Of a DNA stretch of 64,000 nucleotides, positions 27,895 to 38,023 are shown piece after piece; the first letter of the stretch is position 1, and each line of letters starts with the position of its first letter. Location of the stretch: sequence record ON529850.1; one strand, given 5' to 3'. The position numbers and the translations under genes were made by a program. Below the pieces are notes generated by a model, which saw only the letters and a list, made by a program, of their open reading frames with translations, had not been told where the DNA came from and did not search any database.

Positions 27895-30800
27895 TTAGTT
27901 GAGGTTGCGGGTCGAAGCCCGCTTCATGTCGCGGTTCTGCTGTCGCTGGATGGAACCCTGCGACTTGCGGAACGCGTCCGGGTTCGGCGCGATGACGGTG
28001 ATGTTCGACGTCACCTGGGTCATGCCGCCGCCCGTCTCCATGCCCGACATGTCGACCGGAACCTTGCGGCCACCCGACAGCGGGATGATGGCTTCGTTCG
28101 GGTGAACAACCGCCGGCATGCCGCCCGAGGTGTTCGGCGTGCCTTCCGCGTAATGCGGCAGACTGGCCCAGTTGACCGCGCCGGCGCCGCTGCTGGAGAC
28201 GTAGCCGCCGTCCGCGAAGGCGTTTTTAACCGCGCCAAACGCGCTCGACGCCATCTGGCGATATGCCGCGACCTTACCCCAGGTGCCGCCCGTCAGCATG
28301 TTCATCCCCATGTTGATGATGCTGGCGATCGGGTTTTCATGCGCCGCGATTTCGGTCGCGTCGACCGTGACCGCGCGATGCTCGCCGATCACGCCCTTAA
28401 CCGGATCGGGCAGCTTTTCAGGGGCGGCCGGCTTCTTCAGCAAGTTCGCGATGGCGGCGATCTGCGACAGACCCGTCAGGCCGGCCCCCATCCGATCTTC
28501 CATCGAGTTGCCCTTACCGAACAACTGCCCCATCCACGACATCGGGCCGTCATACTTGCCGTTCTTGCCCTTACCGAACATGCCGCTCATGACATTCGAC
28601 GGCTTCATCATCGTTCCGAGGTTCGAGAAGAACCCGCCGCCGGCGAAGGCCGGAAGTCCGTCAACGTAACCACCAGCAGCATAGGCTTTGCCGCTGTTGA
28701 TGGCTTCCAGCAAGCCGCGATTTTGCGCCGTCGCCGCCGCATTGATCACGAACTCGCCGTTCGACAGACGAGCGTTGATGTCGTCCGAACGTGGGCCGCC
28801 GCGTCCCGAAACGTAACCGCCGTCGGCGTAGAGGCCCGTCAGGTCCGAAGCGAACGGGACGCCTTCAAACGTAAACCCGGACGTAGCGTCGCCGCCGCCC
28901 ATCATGGACGGCATTCCGCCGCCCGATCCCCCACCCGAGGACGCCAGCTTGGCGATCGCTTCGTCGAAGGCCGTGAGGCTATGGCCCCACTTCTCCAGGT
29001 GGGCCGCGAACGTCGAAGTGACCTGCCCGAAGGCGGTCGGAACCGCCGCCAAGGCTTGAGCCGCTTGAATGAGAGCGCTGGCCGCCGCATCGTTACCCGT
29101 TGAGGCACCGGCATCACCTTGAGCCAAGGCGATAGGCCCGGCCGTCACCGCCGTCGTGGCTTGCGCCGTCGTGGCGTTGCGAACGTCGGTTTCGTTACCA
29201 CCCCAGTTCTGCCCGAACACGCGACCGACGCGCTGGAACAGGGTGGAGGTGTCGCGACGGACGCCGAGTGTAGCCGAAGGCGACGGAATGGCGCCTTGCA
29301 GCGCGCGTTCCGGCGTCATCTGGCCCGTCCGCGAGGCCGCGCGCGCGATCATCGCTTCATCAGCCGCATCCGTAGTGGCGCCTGAAATGTTGATCGGCGG
29401 GAGACCCAAGCCATTGAACACGCGATCAAGCGTCGTCTGAACGTCAAACGGGGCCGGAGCCGTCGCCACCTGAGTCGTCGGCTTGAGCATATCCAGATTC
29501 GGGATCGCAACACCGCTGGCGGTGTAACCATTGCCCGATTCCAGCGCCATCGCCTGCTCACGCGAGTCCATCGCGGCTTCATCGAACACCTTGCGCACGA
29601 TGCCGCCCTCGGCCAGGCCGCTGGCGATCTTCTCCAGCGCCGTCGCCGCCATGCGCAGAGCGCTGACCTGATCTTCCACCAGCTTGCGCTGTTGTTCGAC
29701 AGCGGCTTCCTGCGCCTCGCGCGTATCTTCGCGAGACGTGATCGCCGACACCAGGCTCTGCGATGCAGATTCCAGCGCTGTCTTCAGGTCGTTGTGGTTC
29801 GCCGTCAGCGCCTCGACCGTCGCCGAAGCGTCAGGCGACAGCTGAGCGCCGCCACGCTTGATACCGAACAGGCCCATCACGTCGCCGATCGCCTGATCGA
29901 CGGAAGCCTTCATCATCTCACGTTGAATCTGCTTCCCGATCGAGCTCCAGTCGACGTCTTCCCCCATCAGCTCGCCGGTGATGCCTTCCGACAGCCCGTC
30001 CAGGAACTGGCCCTTGATGTCCTGCATCCGCTTGTCGAACGGTTCCAGAGCGTTGACCCAACGCTGGAAGCCAGGCTGGTTCTCCAACTCTTCGCGCAAC
30101 TTGGCGACACCCGACGCCAGGCCCTTCATCGATTCCGACGCCTGGGCTTCCATTTCCGCCAGGCTGGCGCTGGTCATGCCGGTCAGCGCCGACAGCGCCT
30201 CACGATAGGTCGAGCGGAAAGCCTGCTGGCTGGCGCTCATCGTCGCGCTTGCCATCAGTTCCGACGTATCCACCGCCATGGAGCGCAGCGCCTCGGCGCG
30301 ATCCGCCATGTCCTGCACGTCAGCCGTCTGGTTCATCAGAGCCAGCTGAGCCGGGTCGAGATTTGCCAGTTTCTGCTCGTAAGAACCACCTTCCGCACTC
30401 TGGTTGACCAGGTCGGCGAAATAGGCGTCACGGCGCGTCGCGCCTCCGGCGTTGACGCGAAGACGAGCTTCGTTGATGGTTTCCATCAACCGAAGCTCCT
30501 GCTCTAGGACCTTGCCGCGTGCGCGTTCAGCTTCCCACTGCTGCTTGGCGACATTCAGGCTGTCCGCCTGAATTTCGAGGCCCGTTGCGCGCAGATCGTT
30601 GATGTGCTTGGCCCACTGAGCCTCGTCCTGCATCATCGGGATGTCATAGCCATCCTCGCGCAGGTCGTTGATCTTCTCCTGCCACTCCGCTTCAATGCCG
30701 CGACCGCGCAGGGTCAGGGACAGAAGATCATTCTGCTCCTTCATCTTGCGATTGCCGACCGAAATCGGGTTCAGGCTGTCGGAAATTTCCTTACCGACGC

Positions 30801-33800
30801 GCTTCCAGCCCTTTTCGATCTGCTTCAGATTTTCAGGCGAGAAGATCGAGGACTCTTGCCCGTATTCGGCAATCCGCTTCTCGTCGTTGATCGCCAGATC
30901 GTTCAGCTGCTCAGCCATCGCCGAAGCGCGGCCGACCGCCTGGGATGCGGGATCAGGCAGCGACAGGAAAGCCTGCAAGGACTTGTAGTCGTTGTTGCGC
31001 TTATTCCACGCCTTCATCCAGGCGGGTTCATCATCGCCAGGACCTTGCGCAGCCGCTGCACCAGCGCCCGTCAGATCGCCCGGAGTCGTAGACCCGCTGC
31101 GGATCGCAGCCGCTTCTTCCGACCGGCGGCGCGCGTTGACGCCGTTGTTGTGCACGCCGAGGGCTTCGACCGCCTGGGCGATCGTCGCCGTGTCGCCGGT
31201 CTTGGCGGCGCGCGCCACACTGTTGGGCAGGCTGCCGTAGTTGTAGGTCACCGACGTCAAGGCGGCCTGAGTCGCAGCAGGCAGAGCCGCCCACTGTTCC
31301 TTACCAACAGCCCGTTCCGCGCTGGGGACGAACTCAGTCATCACGCGGCGCCGCAGATCAGCTTCAGCCTGGTCGCGCGTCACGCCACGCGTATTCGCCG
31401 TCACGCGAGACACGCGGCCGGTGTTCGGGTCCGTGATCGTATCCGAGCCGTAACCCGCACGATAGGCGTTGACGTCCCAGTAGCGATCCGCACGGAAACC
31501 TTCGTGCTGGCGAATCATGCCCAGGGCCATGTCGCCGGCGTTGCCGTTTCGGCGGCGAGAAACCGCATAGCGCAGCTGTTCGTTGCGCGCCATTTCTCGG
31601 GTCTCTTCCGCCATCTGCTTGGCGTAGGACTCGTTGCCGCCTTTGTTCAGCTCACTGAACACGGCCATATACATTTCTTCCGGCGACGTGCCGGTGAAGG
31701 TCTTGCCGCTCAAGGTCCGGCGATAACGCATGGCCGGCAGAGAATCTCCGCCGTCTCCGGAGCCCGCAGAGGCTGCGCCCTGCGTAGTTCCGCCGGTAGC
31801 CGCCGTGACCCCTGCGCTACCCGCTGCGCCGGCGCCCGTCCCAGGCTTCGGATTATCGCGCAGGAACTTCCCGCTGACGATGTCACCGATGCGCTGCATG
31901 ACGGTGCCGACCGTCGGCGTTTCCATCGAGCGCGCCATCATCTTGGCGGCTTCCAACTGCATCGCAGCGGCCGATTCCTGCTTCTCCGCAGCAGCACGCT
32001 CAGCCAGGATGCGCGCACCTTCACGCGCGTTACGCTCCGATTCAGCGTTCGCCAGGTCTTGAGCCAGGCGTTCGTTCGCCGAGACCAGGGTCGCGACGTT
32101 CGTCTCACGCGTGCGGGCATCCACGACGTTGCGGTCGAAGATGTTGTTGTCGGACCAGTCCTTCTTGATCTGATCGACGGCATCCTTGGCGCCGCCCCAA
32201 TCACGGTTCACCAGGGCGACGACCGCCTTACCCAGGTTGATGAAGATGCCGACGGTGTCGCCGATGATCTCACCCATCCAGATCAGGCTGTCGACCATCG
32301 CCTTCATCGGGCGGCCCATGTCATGGATGATGTCACCGAACGACTTGGTCGTGTTGAAGGTGGTGTTCCACCAATCCACGAACTTGCGACCGATGACGTC
32401 CAGGGCGCCGTTGGTGATGTCGATGAACTTGACGCCAACGCCGGCGATTTCCGTCGACTTATCGGACAGGATCGACAGAGCCGCGCCGGTGGCGACGGCA
32501 GCGATGCCCAGGACACCGAACACAGCGCCCAACGCACGGCCCGCGACCGCCAGGCCCGACATCGCGGTCGCACTGCTCGCAGCTGCCCGCGTCGACGCGG
32601 CTGCTGCTCCAGCTCCGGACGCAGCAGCGTCGGCCGCCATGGCGGCGCGAGGCACGCGACGACCGAACGCGACAGCGCCCGATCCCTGCGCTCCGGCAGG
32701 GCGTGCGAAATCATTGACGCCGGTGATGCCGGCGCTGGCGAAGGCGGTGCGACGAGAAACTGATCCCGCGACATTCGTCGGCGCGCGCCCCGCTTCGTTG
32801 CGGGACTGGATGATGGACGCCATGTCGGCGCCCGTCAGGGCGAGGTTGGAAGCGGCGGCGGCGGCGCGGGCCTTCTTAGACCCTGCGGCGGCCTGGGCCG
32901 TCTGTGCAACCGCACCGCGCATGTCCGAAGATGCGACGGCGTCTTGCGCCATCTTCAGGCCGAACAGCGCCTTGGTCAGTCCCTGGATCGACGAAGCGGT
33001 GTTGAACGCCGCCTGGCCCCAGGACAGGAAGGTGCGAGCGATGAACAGGGTCGCGACCGTCTTGGCGACGAACAGAACCTTGTCGAAGTTGGTCGCCAGC
33101 CACACCATGGCGTCGCCGGCCGCGCGCATGGCGTCGGCGAGGTTGCGGCCCAGTTTATCCGCCAGCTCCTGGAACTTCGGGTTCAACTTGAAGACGCCGT
33201 CTTCGGTCTTGCCGATCATGTCGGCCAGACGGTTGAACTGGATGCCGATTTCCTGGACGAACCCGCTTTTGCCGATTGCGACGCGGAACACCGTCAGGGC
33301 CGTGCCCAGGCGGTTGATGGCGACGTCAGGACGGTCGCGGATCATGCCCATCAGCGGAGCGAACATGTTGTTCAGCTCCTGCGCCCAGAGCTTCGTGAAC
33401 TCTGGCGACATGATCTCGCCCAAGCTCATCTTCTTGAAGAACTGCTGCATCGTGACGGCTTGTCCCGTCATCTTCTCAAGAGCGCGGCGACCTGCTTCAG
33501 CGTTACCAGGGATTTGCTCCCCGATTTGCCTATTGAATTCTTCGGAGCTGACTTTTCCTTTTTGAATCATCTGCGTAAGCCCGTACATGGCATACCCAGT
33601 TTGTTCAGCGGAAGCGCCAACAACTTGCAGAGTTTGAGTAACGGACTTAAAGATCGCCGAGGAATCAGCCGCACTCATGCCGACCGCGCCGGCCGAGATG
33701 GTGAAGCGGCCGAACGGCTCCGCGACCTGGTCAAGCGCCAGGCCCATGTCGAAGACGGTGGCGATGAATTCAGCGGACGCGCGCTTGGAGCCCTCGAACG

Positions 33801-34971
33801 ACTTGGTCGAGAACAGCATGGCCTTGTCCAGCTTCATCATCTCGACCGAGGCGTCGTAAACGCTCTTGATCATTCCGCCGATGGTGAAAGACGAGAACAG
33901 AAGGCTGAAGGCAGTGCCGGCCTGATACGCCAGGTCGAAGCGGTGGTTCAGCCCTCGCAGACGTTCACCCAGCGTATAGGTGCGCTTGCCGGCGCTTTCC
34001 GCCTGGGTGCCGAACTGACGGAACGACTTGCCCGCCGCATCCGCGCCCGTGGCGGTGTCGCGCATCATCCGACCCATGCCGGCGCCGGAACCCCCCATGG
34101 AGGCGCGCAGGCGCATCGGCAGGCGATCCAGAGCGTGCGACGCACGTCCTGCGGCGGCCGCCACCATATCCAGGTCGCGAGCGATCTGAACGGCGCTGGG
34201 GATGCGCTTGGCGTTCGCCAGCACCTTGAACAACTTATCGAGACGGTCGATCGACGCCTTCCCCGGAGCCTTCAGGCCGACCAGAGAATCGCCGAAAGCC
34301 CGCAAAGCCTGGGCGACTTGCGGGTTGAACTTGAGGTTTTGAACGCGAGCAGCGATCGTGATGAAATCGACCCACGACTTCAGCTTCGCCTGCGGGATCG
34401 CCCGCGCACGCGCCGCGTTGTCCATCGCTTGGGCGAACATGTTCATGCCCACCATTGCCTGGGCTCCGCCGCCGCGCAGGTGCGAGGCGCGGGTGGCGAC
34501 TTCGATGAACTTGACCCACGAGCCCATCTTCGACGCGGAGATGTCGCGGGCGCGCGCCGCACGATCCATTGCCGAAGCGAACTGGGTCAATGCCATCGCG
34601 GCGCCAGCGTCCATCCGCAGACGCGACGTCAGCGCGCCCATCTCGACGAACTTGCGCCAGCTGTTCAGCTTGGTCGCTTCGATCTCTTTGGTGCGCGCCA
34701 CCATGTTCATGACGCGCGCGAACTCGGCGACCGTCTTAAGTCCGTCGCCGTTAACCTTAATCTTGTTGATGAGCGCCGACGTCTGCGCAAAGCGCTCCAT
34801 CGTCGACATGGAGCCCTTGATCGCCCGATCCGCTCCAGCCATCCCCGACGTGAGGCCGGCAGACATCCGACCCGCCGCCGCCCCCGCCGAGTCCAGAGCG
34901 CGAGCCAGCGCCGCCAGGTCAGCTTGGGCCTGGCCGGAATCGATTTTGAGTTTAAGCGGTTGGGTGTCCAT
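27895..34971 (-). CDS. Tape measure protein (2358 aa) with an internal lysozyme-like domain
   Basis: Ala-rich helical protein directly after the chaperone genes; tape-measure block LTQM..KGKVSSEEF.RQIGEQIPG; internal HEGF...YWD......GYG domain at about 31100-31520. Confidence 0.92.
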   Translation of the reverse strand: MDTQPLKLKIDSGQAQADLAALARALDSAGAAAGRMSAGLTSGMAGADRAIKGSMSTMERFAQTSALINKIKVNGDGLKTVAEFARVMNMVARTKEIEATKLNSWRKFVEMGALTSRLRMDAGAAMALTQFASAMDRAARARDISASKMGSWVKFIEVATRASHLRGGGAQAMVGMNMFAQAMDNAARARAIPQAKLKSWVDFITIAARVQNLKFNPQVAQALRAFGDSLVGLKAPGKASIDRLDKLFKVLANAKRIPSAVQIARDLDMVAAAAGRASHALDRLPMRLRASMGGSGAGMGRMMRDTATGADAAGKSFRQFGTQAESAGKRTYTLGERLRGLNHRFDLAYQAGTAFSLLFSSFTIGGMIKSVYDASVEMMKLDKAMLFSTKSFEGSKRASAEFIATVFDMGLALDQVAEPFGRFTISAGAVGMSAADSSAIFKSVTQTLQVVGASAEQTGYAMYGLTQMIQKGKVSSEEFNRQIGEQIPGNAEAGRRALEKMTGQAVTMQQFFKKMSLGEIMSPEFTKLWAQELNNMFAPLMGMIRDRPDVAINRLGTALTVFRVAIGKSGFVQEIGIQFNRLADMIGKTEDGVFKLNPKFQELADKLGRNLADAMRAAGDAMVWLATNFDKVLFVAKTVATLFIARTFLSWGQAAFNTASSIQGLTKALFGLKMAQDAVASSDMRGAVAQTAQAAAGSKKARAAAAASNLALTGADMASIIQSRNEAGRAPTNVAGSVSRRTAFASAGITGVNDFARPAGAQGSGAVAFGRRVPRAAMAADAAASGAGAAAASTRAAASSATAMSGLAVAGRALGAVFGVLGIAAVATGAALSILSDKSTEIAGVGVKFIDITNGALDVIGRKFVDWWNTTFNTTKSFGDIIHDMGRPMKAMVDSLIWMGEIIGDTVGIFINLGKAVVALVNRDWGGAKDAVDQIKKDWSDNNIFDRNVVDARTRETNVATLVSANERLAQDLANAESERNAREGARILAERAAAEKQESAAAMQLEAAKMMARSMETPTVGTVMQRIGDIVSGKFLRDNPKPGTGAGAAGSAGVTAATGGTTQGAASAGSGDGGDSLPAMRYRRTLSGKTFTGTSPEEMYMAVFSELNKGGNESYAKQMAEETREMARNEQLRYAVSRRRNGNAGDMALGMIRQHEGFRADRYWDVNAYRAGYGSDTITDPNTGRVSRVTANTRGVTRDQAEADLRRRVMTEFVPSAERAVGKEQWAALPAATQAALTSVTYNYGSLPNSVARAAKTGDTATIAQAVEALGVHNNGVNARRRSEEAAAIRSGSTTPGDLTGAGAAAAQGPGDDEPAWMKAWNKRNNDYKSLQAFLSLPDPASQAVGRASAMAEQLNDLAINDEKRIAEYGQESSIFSPENLKQIEKGWKRVGKEISDSLNPISVGNRKMKEQNDLLSLTLRGRGIEAEWQEKINDLREDGYDIPMMQDEAQWAKHINDLRATGLEIQADSLNVAKQQWEAERARGKVLEQELRLMETINEARLRVNAGGATRRDAYFADLVNQSAEGGSYEQKLANLDPAQLALMNQTADVQDMADRAEALRSMAVDTSELMASATMSASQQAFRSTYREALSALTGMTSASLAEMEAQASESMKGLASGVAKLREELENQPGFQRWVNALEPFDKRMQDIKGQFLDGLSEGITGELMGEDVDWSSIGKQIQREMMKASVDQAIGDVMGLFGIKRGGAQLSPDASATVEALTANHNDLKTALESASQSLVSAITSREDTREAQEAAVEQQRKLVEDQVSALRMAATALEKIASGLAEGGIVRKVFDEAAMDSREQAMALESGNGYTASGVAIPNLDMLKPTTQVATAPAPFDVQTTLDRVFNGLGLPPINISGATTDAADEAMIARAASRTGQMTPERALQGAIPSPSATLGVRRDTSTLFQRVGRVFGQNWGGNETDVRNATTAQATTAVTAGPIALAQGDAGASTGNDAAASALIQAAQALAAVPTAFGQVTSTFAAHLEKWGHSLTAFDEAIAKLASSGGGSGGGMPSMMGGGDATSGFTFEGVPFASDLTGLYADGGYVSGRGGPRSDDINARLSNGEFVINAAATAQNRGLLEAINSGKAYAAGGYVDGLPAFAGGGFFSNLGTMMKPSNVMSGMFGKGKNGKYDGPMSWMGQLFGKGNSMEDRMGAGLTGLSQIAAIANLLKKPAAPEKLPDPVKGVIGEHRAVTVDATEIAAHENPIASIINMGMNMLTGGTWGKVAAYRQMASSAFGAVKNAFADGGYVSSSGAGAVNWASLPHYAEGTPNTSGGMPAVVHPNEAIIPLSGGRKVPVDMSGMETGGGMTQVTSNITVIAPNPDAFRKSQGSIQRQQNRDMKRASTRNLN

Positions 34972-34990
34972 CGACCTCGACGCCGGTTAA

Positions 34991-35383
34991 CTATTTGGGA
35001 CGGGGTGGCGTAGCATTCGAACCACGCTTTCTTTCTTCCTCTTCTTGGAGCTTCTTGACGAAAGCCATGTAAGCCTCATCCAATCGCTCGGTGTAGTAGA
35101 GAAAATCTTGGGTCATCGAGAAGTCGAAGCCCCGCAAACGGCAGTAGGCGTCGATCTCGGAAAGAGGGATGCGGAGCGGCCCAGCCATCCCGATGGGGCG
35201 CGTATTCGACAGGCGCCAAAATCCGTCCAGAACCCACCGAAGGTCTTGGAAAACCTCAACGGGAGGAGGCCCGTCCGGGGCCAGGGGCTCTAGCCCCAGC
35301 TCCGCACGAGCCTTGTTCTTCCACTCCAGCTGCGGATCAGGCGGATTGCTCAGCGCCTGTTCGAGTACGCTTAGGAGTTTCCC
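34991..35383 (-). CDS. Tail assembly chaperone, -1 frameshift extension (gpGT-like)
   Basis: The -1 frame is open from the slippery site to the stop at 34991 (GKLLSVLEQ...FWRLSNTRPIGMAGPLRIPLSEI.AYC). Confidence 0.8.
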   Translation of the reverse strand, partial: GKLLSVLEQALSNPPDPQLEWKNKARAELGLEPLAPDGPPPVEVFQDLRWVLDGFWRLSNTRPIGMAGPLRIPLSEIDAYCRLRGFDFSMTQDFLYYTERLDEAYMAFVKKLQEEEERKRGSNATPPRPK

Positions 35384-35790
35384 GCGCCGTCCTCACGGGC
35401 TTCGTCCCGGTAGTTCTGGCTTTCCAGCGAGAACTGAACGATGAACGACGCCAGCTTCGGCAGCGCCTTCAGGATGGCGTAGGCCTCATCGGCCGAGTAG
35501 GGAACGATCGCGTTGTCGGCGTTCTTGACGTTGCGCCAGTCAGCGATGACGCCGCCGGCCAGGACGCGCAGACCGATCTCTTCGTTCTTATCGTCCGCCA
35601 TCTTGCCGCCGACGCGGATCATTTGCTGATACGGCTTCATCAGCGAATCGCGCAGGTCAACGACGGCCTTGGCGCCGAACGCGCGGAGCTTGAAGGCGGT
35701 GCCTTCGCCCAGCTCGATCCAGCGGCCTTCTTCTTCGGACTCGCGGTTCGACGAGAACAGTTCAAACAGGTTCAGAGCGGAAGTGCTCAT
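35371..35790 (-). CDS. Tail assembly chaperone (gpG-like)
   Basis: Position; EEEGRW.ELG, I.DW.NV motifs; start MSTSALN at 35790. Confidence 0.82.
   Translation of the reverse strand: MSTSALNLFELFSSNRESEEEGRWIELGEGTAFKLRAFGAKAVVDLRDSLMKPYQQMIRVGGKMADDKNEEIGLRVLAGGVIADWRNVKNADNAIVPYSADEAYAILKALPKLASFIVQFSLESQNYRDEAREDGAGNS
35377..35383 (-). promoter_or_regulatory. Programmed -1 ribosomal frameshift heptamer G GGA AAC
   Basis: X XXY YYZ heptamer just before the chaperone stop codon, at the canonical position between tail tube and tape measure genes. Confidence 0.85.
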
Positions 35791-35994
35791 CGGGGGGTAT
35801 CCTATTATCAGGGAGGAGGATGAGCGCCCCTTGGATACAGCGGGCAGCCGGGGCGCGGAACTGGCCGTGGAACTTGTCGAGCGACCCTTCGGGGGAAGGG
35901 TGGACCAGCGAGGCCCCGATTCCTCACTGGTCCGGCTCACGCGTGAGACTTTCGAAGCCCTAAGGGCATCTTGGTCTATCGGGGAGAAGGGGGA

Positions 35995-36029
35995 GTTCAG
36001 TCACGTTATTTCGGAAAACGTGACTGAAC
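35995..36029 (-). terminator. Strong 13-bp hairpin after the tail tube gene (stabiliser or terminator)
   Basis: gttcagtcacgtt/aacgtgactgaac; no clear U-tract. Confidence 0.45.
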
Positions 36030-36031
36030 GG

Positions 36032-37879
36032 TTAAGCGGTGGTGGCGAAGACCGAAGAGTAGCGGTCGATCTGGATGGAGCAGCCGGTGATCGGGTCGCG
36101 CTTGGCGCCGTATTCCATGTTCTCCATCACGTCCTGGTTGCCACCCGGAGGGTTCACCGTGTCGGTGGTGAAGTTCACCGCCGGGATGGTGTATTCGTAG
36201 TGGTTGCCCAGGACGTCCTCGATCGAGAACTCGACCGAGACGGTCTCGTGCTCAATGAACTTGTCCCACAGCGAACCGTCGGCGAAGTAGGCGACCAGGT
36301 TGCCGGTGATTTCCATGCGGCCCGCGCCGATGCCGGCGGGGAACTTGTGCGAGACGGCGTTCTGGTCACGCAGGTTGTTGTTGCCGTTCAGGGTGATCGA
36401 CTGGATGGCGGTGGTCAGCTGCTCACCGTTGATGACGATGGCGCCCACGTTCACGGTCGCGTTGGCGACCGGCGTAGCGGTCGTCTCCAGGACGGTGTAG
36501 GGGGCGCGACCCAGCTTCGAGACGCCCTGGCGCTTGGTGGCGCGGCCGTTGAAGCTGAACGAACCGGTCAGGATCGAGTTCGACGCGATGTTGTATGAGA
36601 AGGCGCCGACCCGCAGGCCGTCGGTCATCCAGTATTGGTCAACGTCTTCGAAGCCCGTTTCCAGGGTGTAGGATTGCGGCGTGATGTCGTCGGCGTCCGA
36701 CGGGTTGCGCAGCATCGAGCCCTTGAACGTCACACCGGCTGCGCCGGCGTTGGCGAACGTCGCCGGAGCCGGGCTGACCGTCAGCTTGTCGTCGGTCATG
36801 GCTTCGATCTTGAACACGCCGTGCAGCGTGGCGTCGCCGCCCGCGAAGTCGACGACCGTCAGAGCGGTGCCGGCATCTTCCGTCTCCAGGATGGAGCCGC
36901 CGGTGCGCAGCAGGTTCTTGATCGTGACCGTGTCGGTGACTGCGTCCAGCGTCGCCGAAACGGCGAGCTCGCCGCGCACGCGCTTCTTGTTCAGCTCATT
37001 CACGAAGTTGGCCGAGGTGGCGGCCGCATCGGCTCCCAGCTCAACACCTTCCGCCGACGGCGGAACCGAACCGCCGAACTGGAAGACCAGGGTCTTGTCG
37101 CCGTCCGAAACGGTGACCTTGGAGCCGGCCGTCGGATTGGCGGTGAACTCGACCGTGCCGGTCTCGATGCCCAGGCCGTCGACGAACAGCTTCTGACCGA
37201 CCGCCAGCTGACCAGCAGCGATCGCGGCGGCGAAGGCGTTGGTGCCGTTCGAATCAAAGGCCGATTCACCGGCGGTGCCGGCGCGGATCGTCGTGTTGCG
37301 CAGGATGATGACGTCGTTGGCGTCGGCCATGCCCGTGTAGTTCGAGCCGGCTTCGGCGACAGCCGTGGTGGCGGTCATCAGAATTTCGGTGCGGTTGGCG
37401 CCGGCGTTCCAGGTGATCGTGTCGATCTGCCAATAGGCGTTGTTCTCAGCCTTCAGGAAGCCCGAAGTCTTGACGCGACGGCCCGCGAAGAAATAGTTGG
37501 TGACGTCAATTCCCTTGACGTACAGGGTGCCGGCGGTCGCGGACCACTCCAGGGCCTTGCCCTTGACGGAGTCGAAGGTCATCGGACGCGTCCAGGCGCC
37601 GTAGACGAACGACTCCATGAAGTCGTCGTGCGAGCCAGCGGAATATTCGATGTTGACGTCACCGTTCGAGCGAGCGCCCGTTTCGATGTAGTCGGCCACC
37701 ATACGGTCGGCGCGGATTTCTTCCGACGTCGCCGTTTCCTTGTTGGCGTTGATCGTCGAGCCGGTGTAGCGCAGCTCACGCGTGCGTCCGCTCGAAGGGG
37801 TGGTGCCCCAGGCGTTCTCGTCTTCCTTGATGTAACGGAGACGCGCCCGGTTGGAGTCGGCGAAAATCTGAAGGGCCAT
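36032..37879 (-). CDS. Major tail tube protein with inserted accessory domain
   Basis: S.EIR.DR, ETG..S.GDVN.EYS, GR.EITG....YF, G.Q.....Y.A motifs; position. Confidence 0.88.
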   Translation of the reverse strand: MALQIFADSNRARLRYIKEDENAWGTTPSSGRTRELRYTGSTINANKETATSEEIRADRMVADYIETGARSNGDVNIEYSAGSHDDFMESFVYGAWTRPMTFDSVKGKALEWSATAGTLYVKGIDVTNYFFAGRRVKTSGFLKAENNAYWQIDTITWNAGANRTEILMTATTAVAEAGSNYTGMADANDVIILRNTTIRAGTAGESAFDSNGTNAFAAAIAAGQLAVGQKLFVDGLGIETGTVEFTANPTAGSKVTVSDGDKTLVFQFGGSVPPSAEGVELGADAAATSANFVNELNKKRVRGELAVSATLDAVTDTVTIKNLLRTGGSILETEDAGTALTVVDFAGGDATLHGVFKIEAMTDDKLTVSPAPATFANAGAAGVTFKGSMLRNPSDADDITPQSYTLETGFEDVDQYWMTDGLRVGAFSYNIASNSILTGSFSFNGRATKRQGVSKLGRAPYTVLETTATPVANATVNVGAIVINGEQLTTAIQSITLNGNNNLRDQNAVSHKFPAGIGAGRMEITGNLVAYFADGSLWDKFIEHETVSVEFSIEDVLGNHYEYTIPAVNFTTDTVNPPGGNQDVMENMEYGAKRDPITGCSIQIDRYSSVFATTA

Positions 37880-37953
37880 TAGTCGGCTGGTTCCACGAGG
37901 TTTTTGAACAGGGACTGGCAGCGACCGCCCCGGTCCGCGCGCCGATGTCGTGG

Positions 37954-37982
37954 ACCCTACTCGATTAAGCCGTAAATGTCAA
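37954..37982 (-). promoter_or_regulatory. sigma70-like promoter of the tail tube gene
   Basis: TTGACA, 17 nt, TAGGGT. Confidence 0.6.
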
Positions 37983-38023
37983 GAATCCCCAACCTTATAG
38001 GTGAGTTTTCTGTCAGTCAACCC

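Noticed and set aside
7808-34990. Very long plus-strand ORFs (for example 7808-10717, 12245-15700, 16984-18681, 30604-32763, 32944-35013; also 53815-62841)
   Set aside because: Antisense shadows of GC-rich minus-strand genes: Arg/Gly/Ala-rich, no motifs, no RBS pattern.
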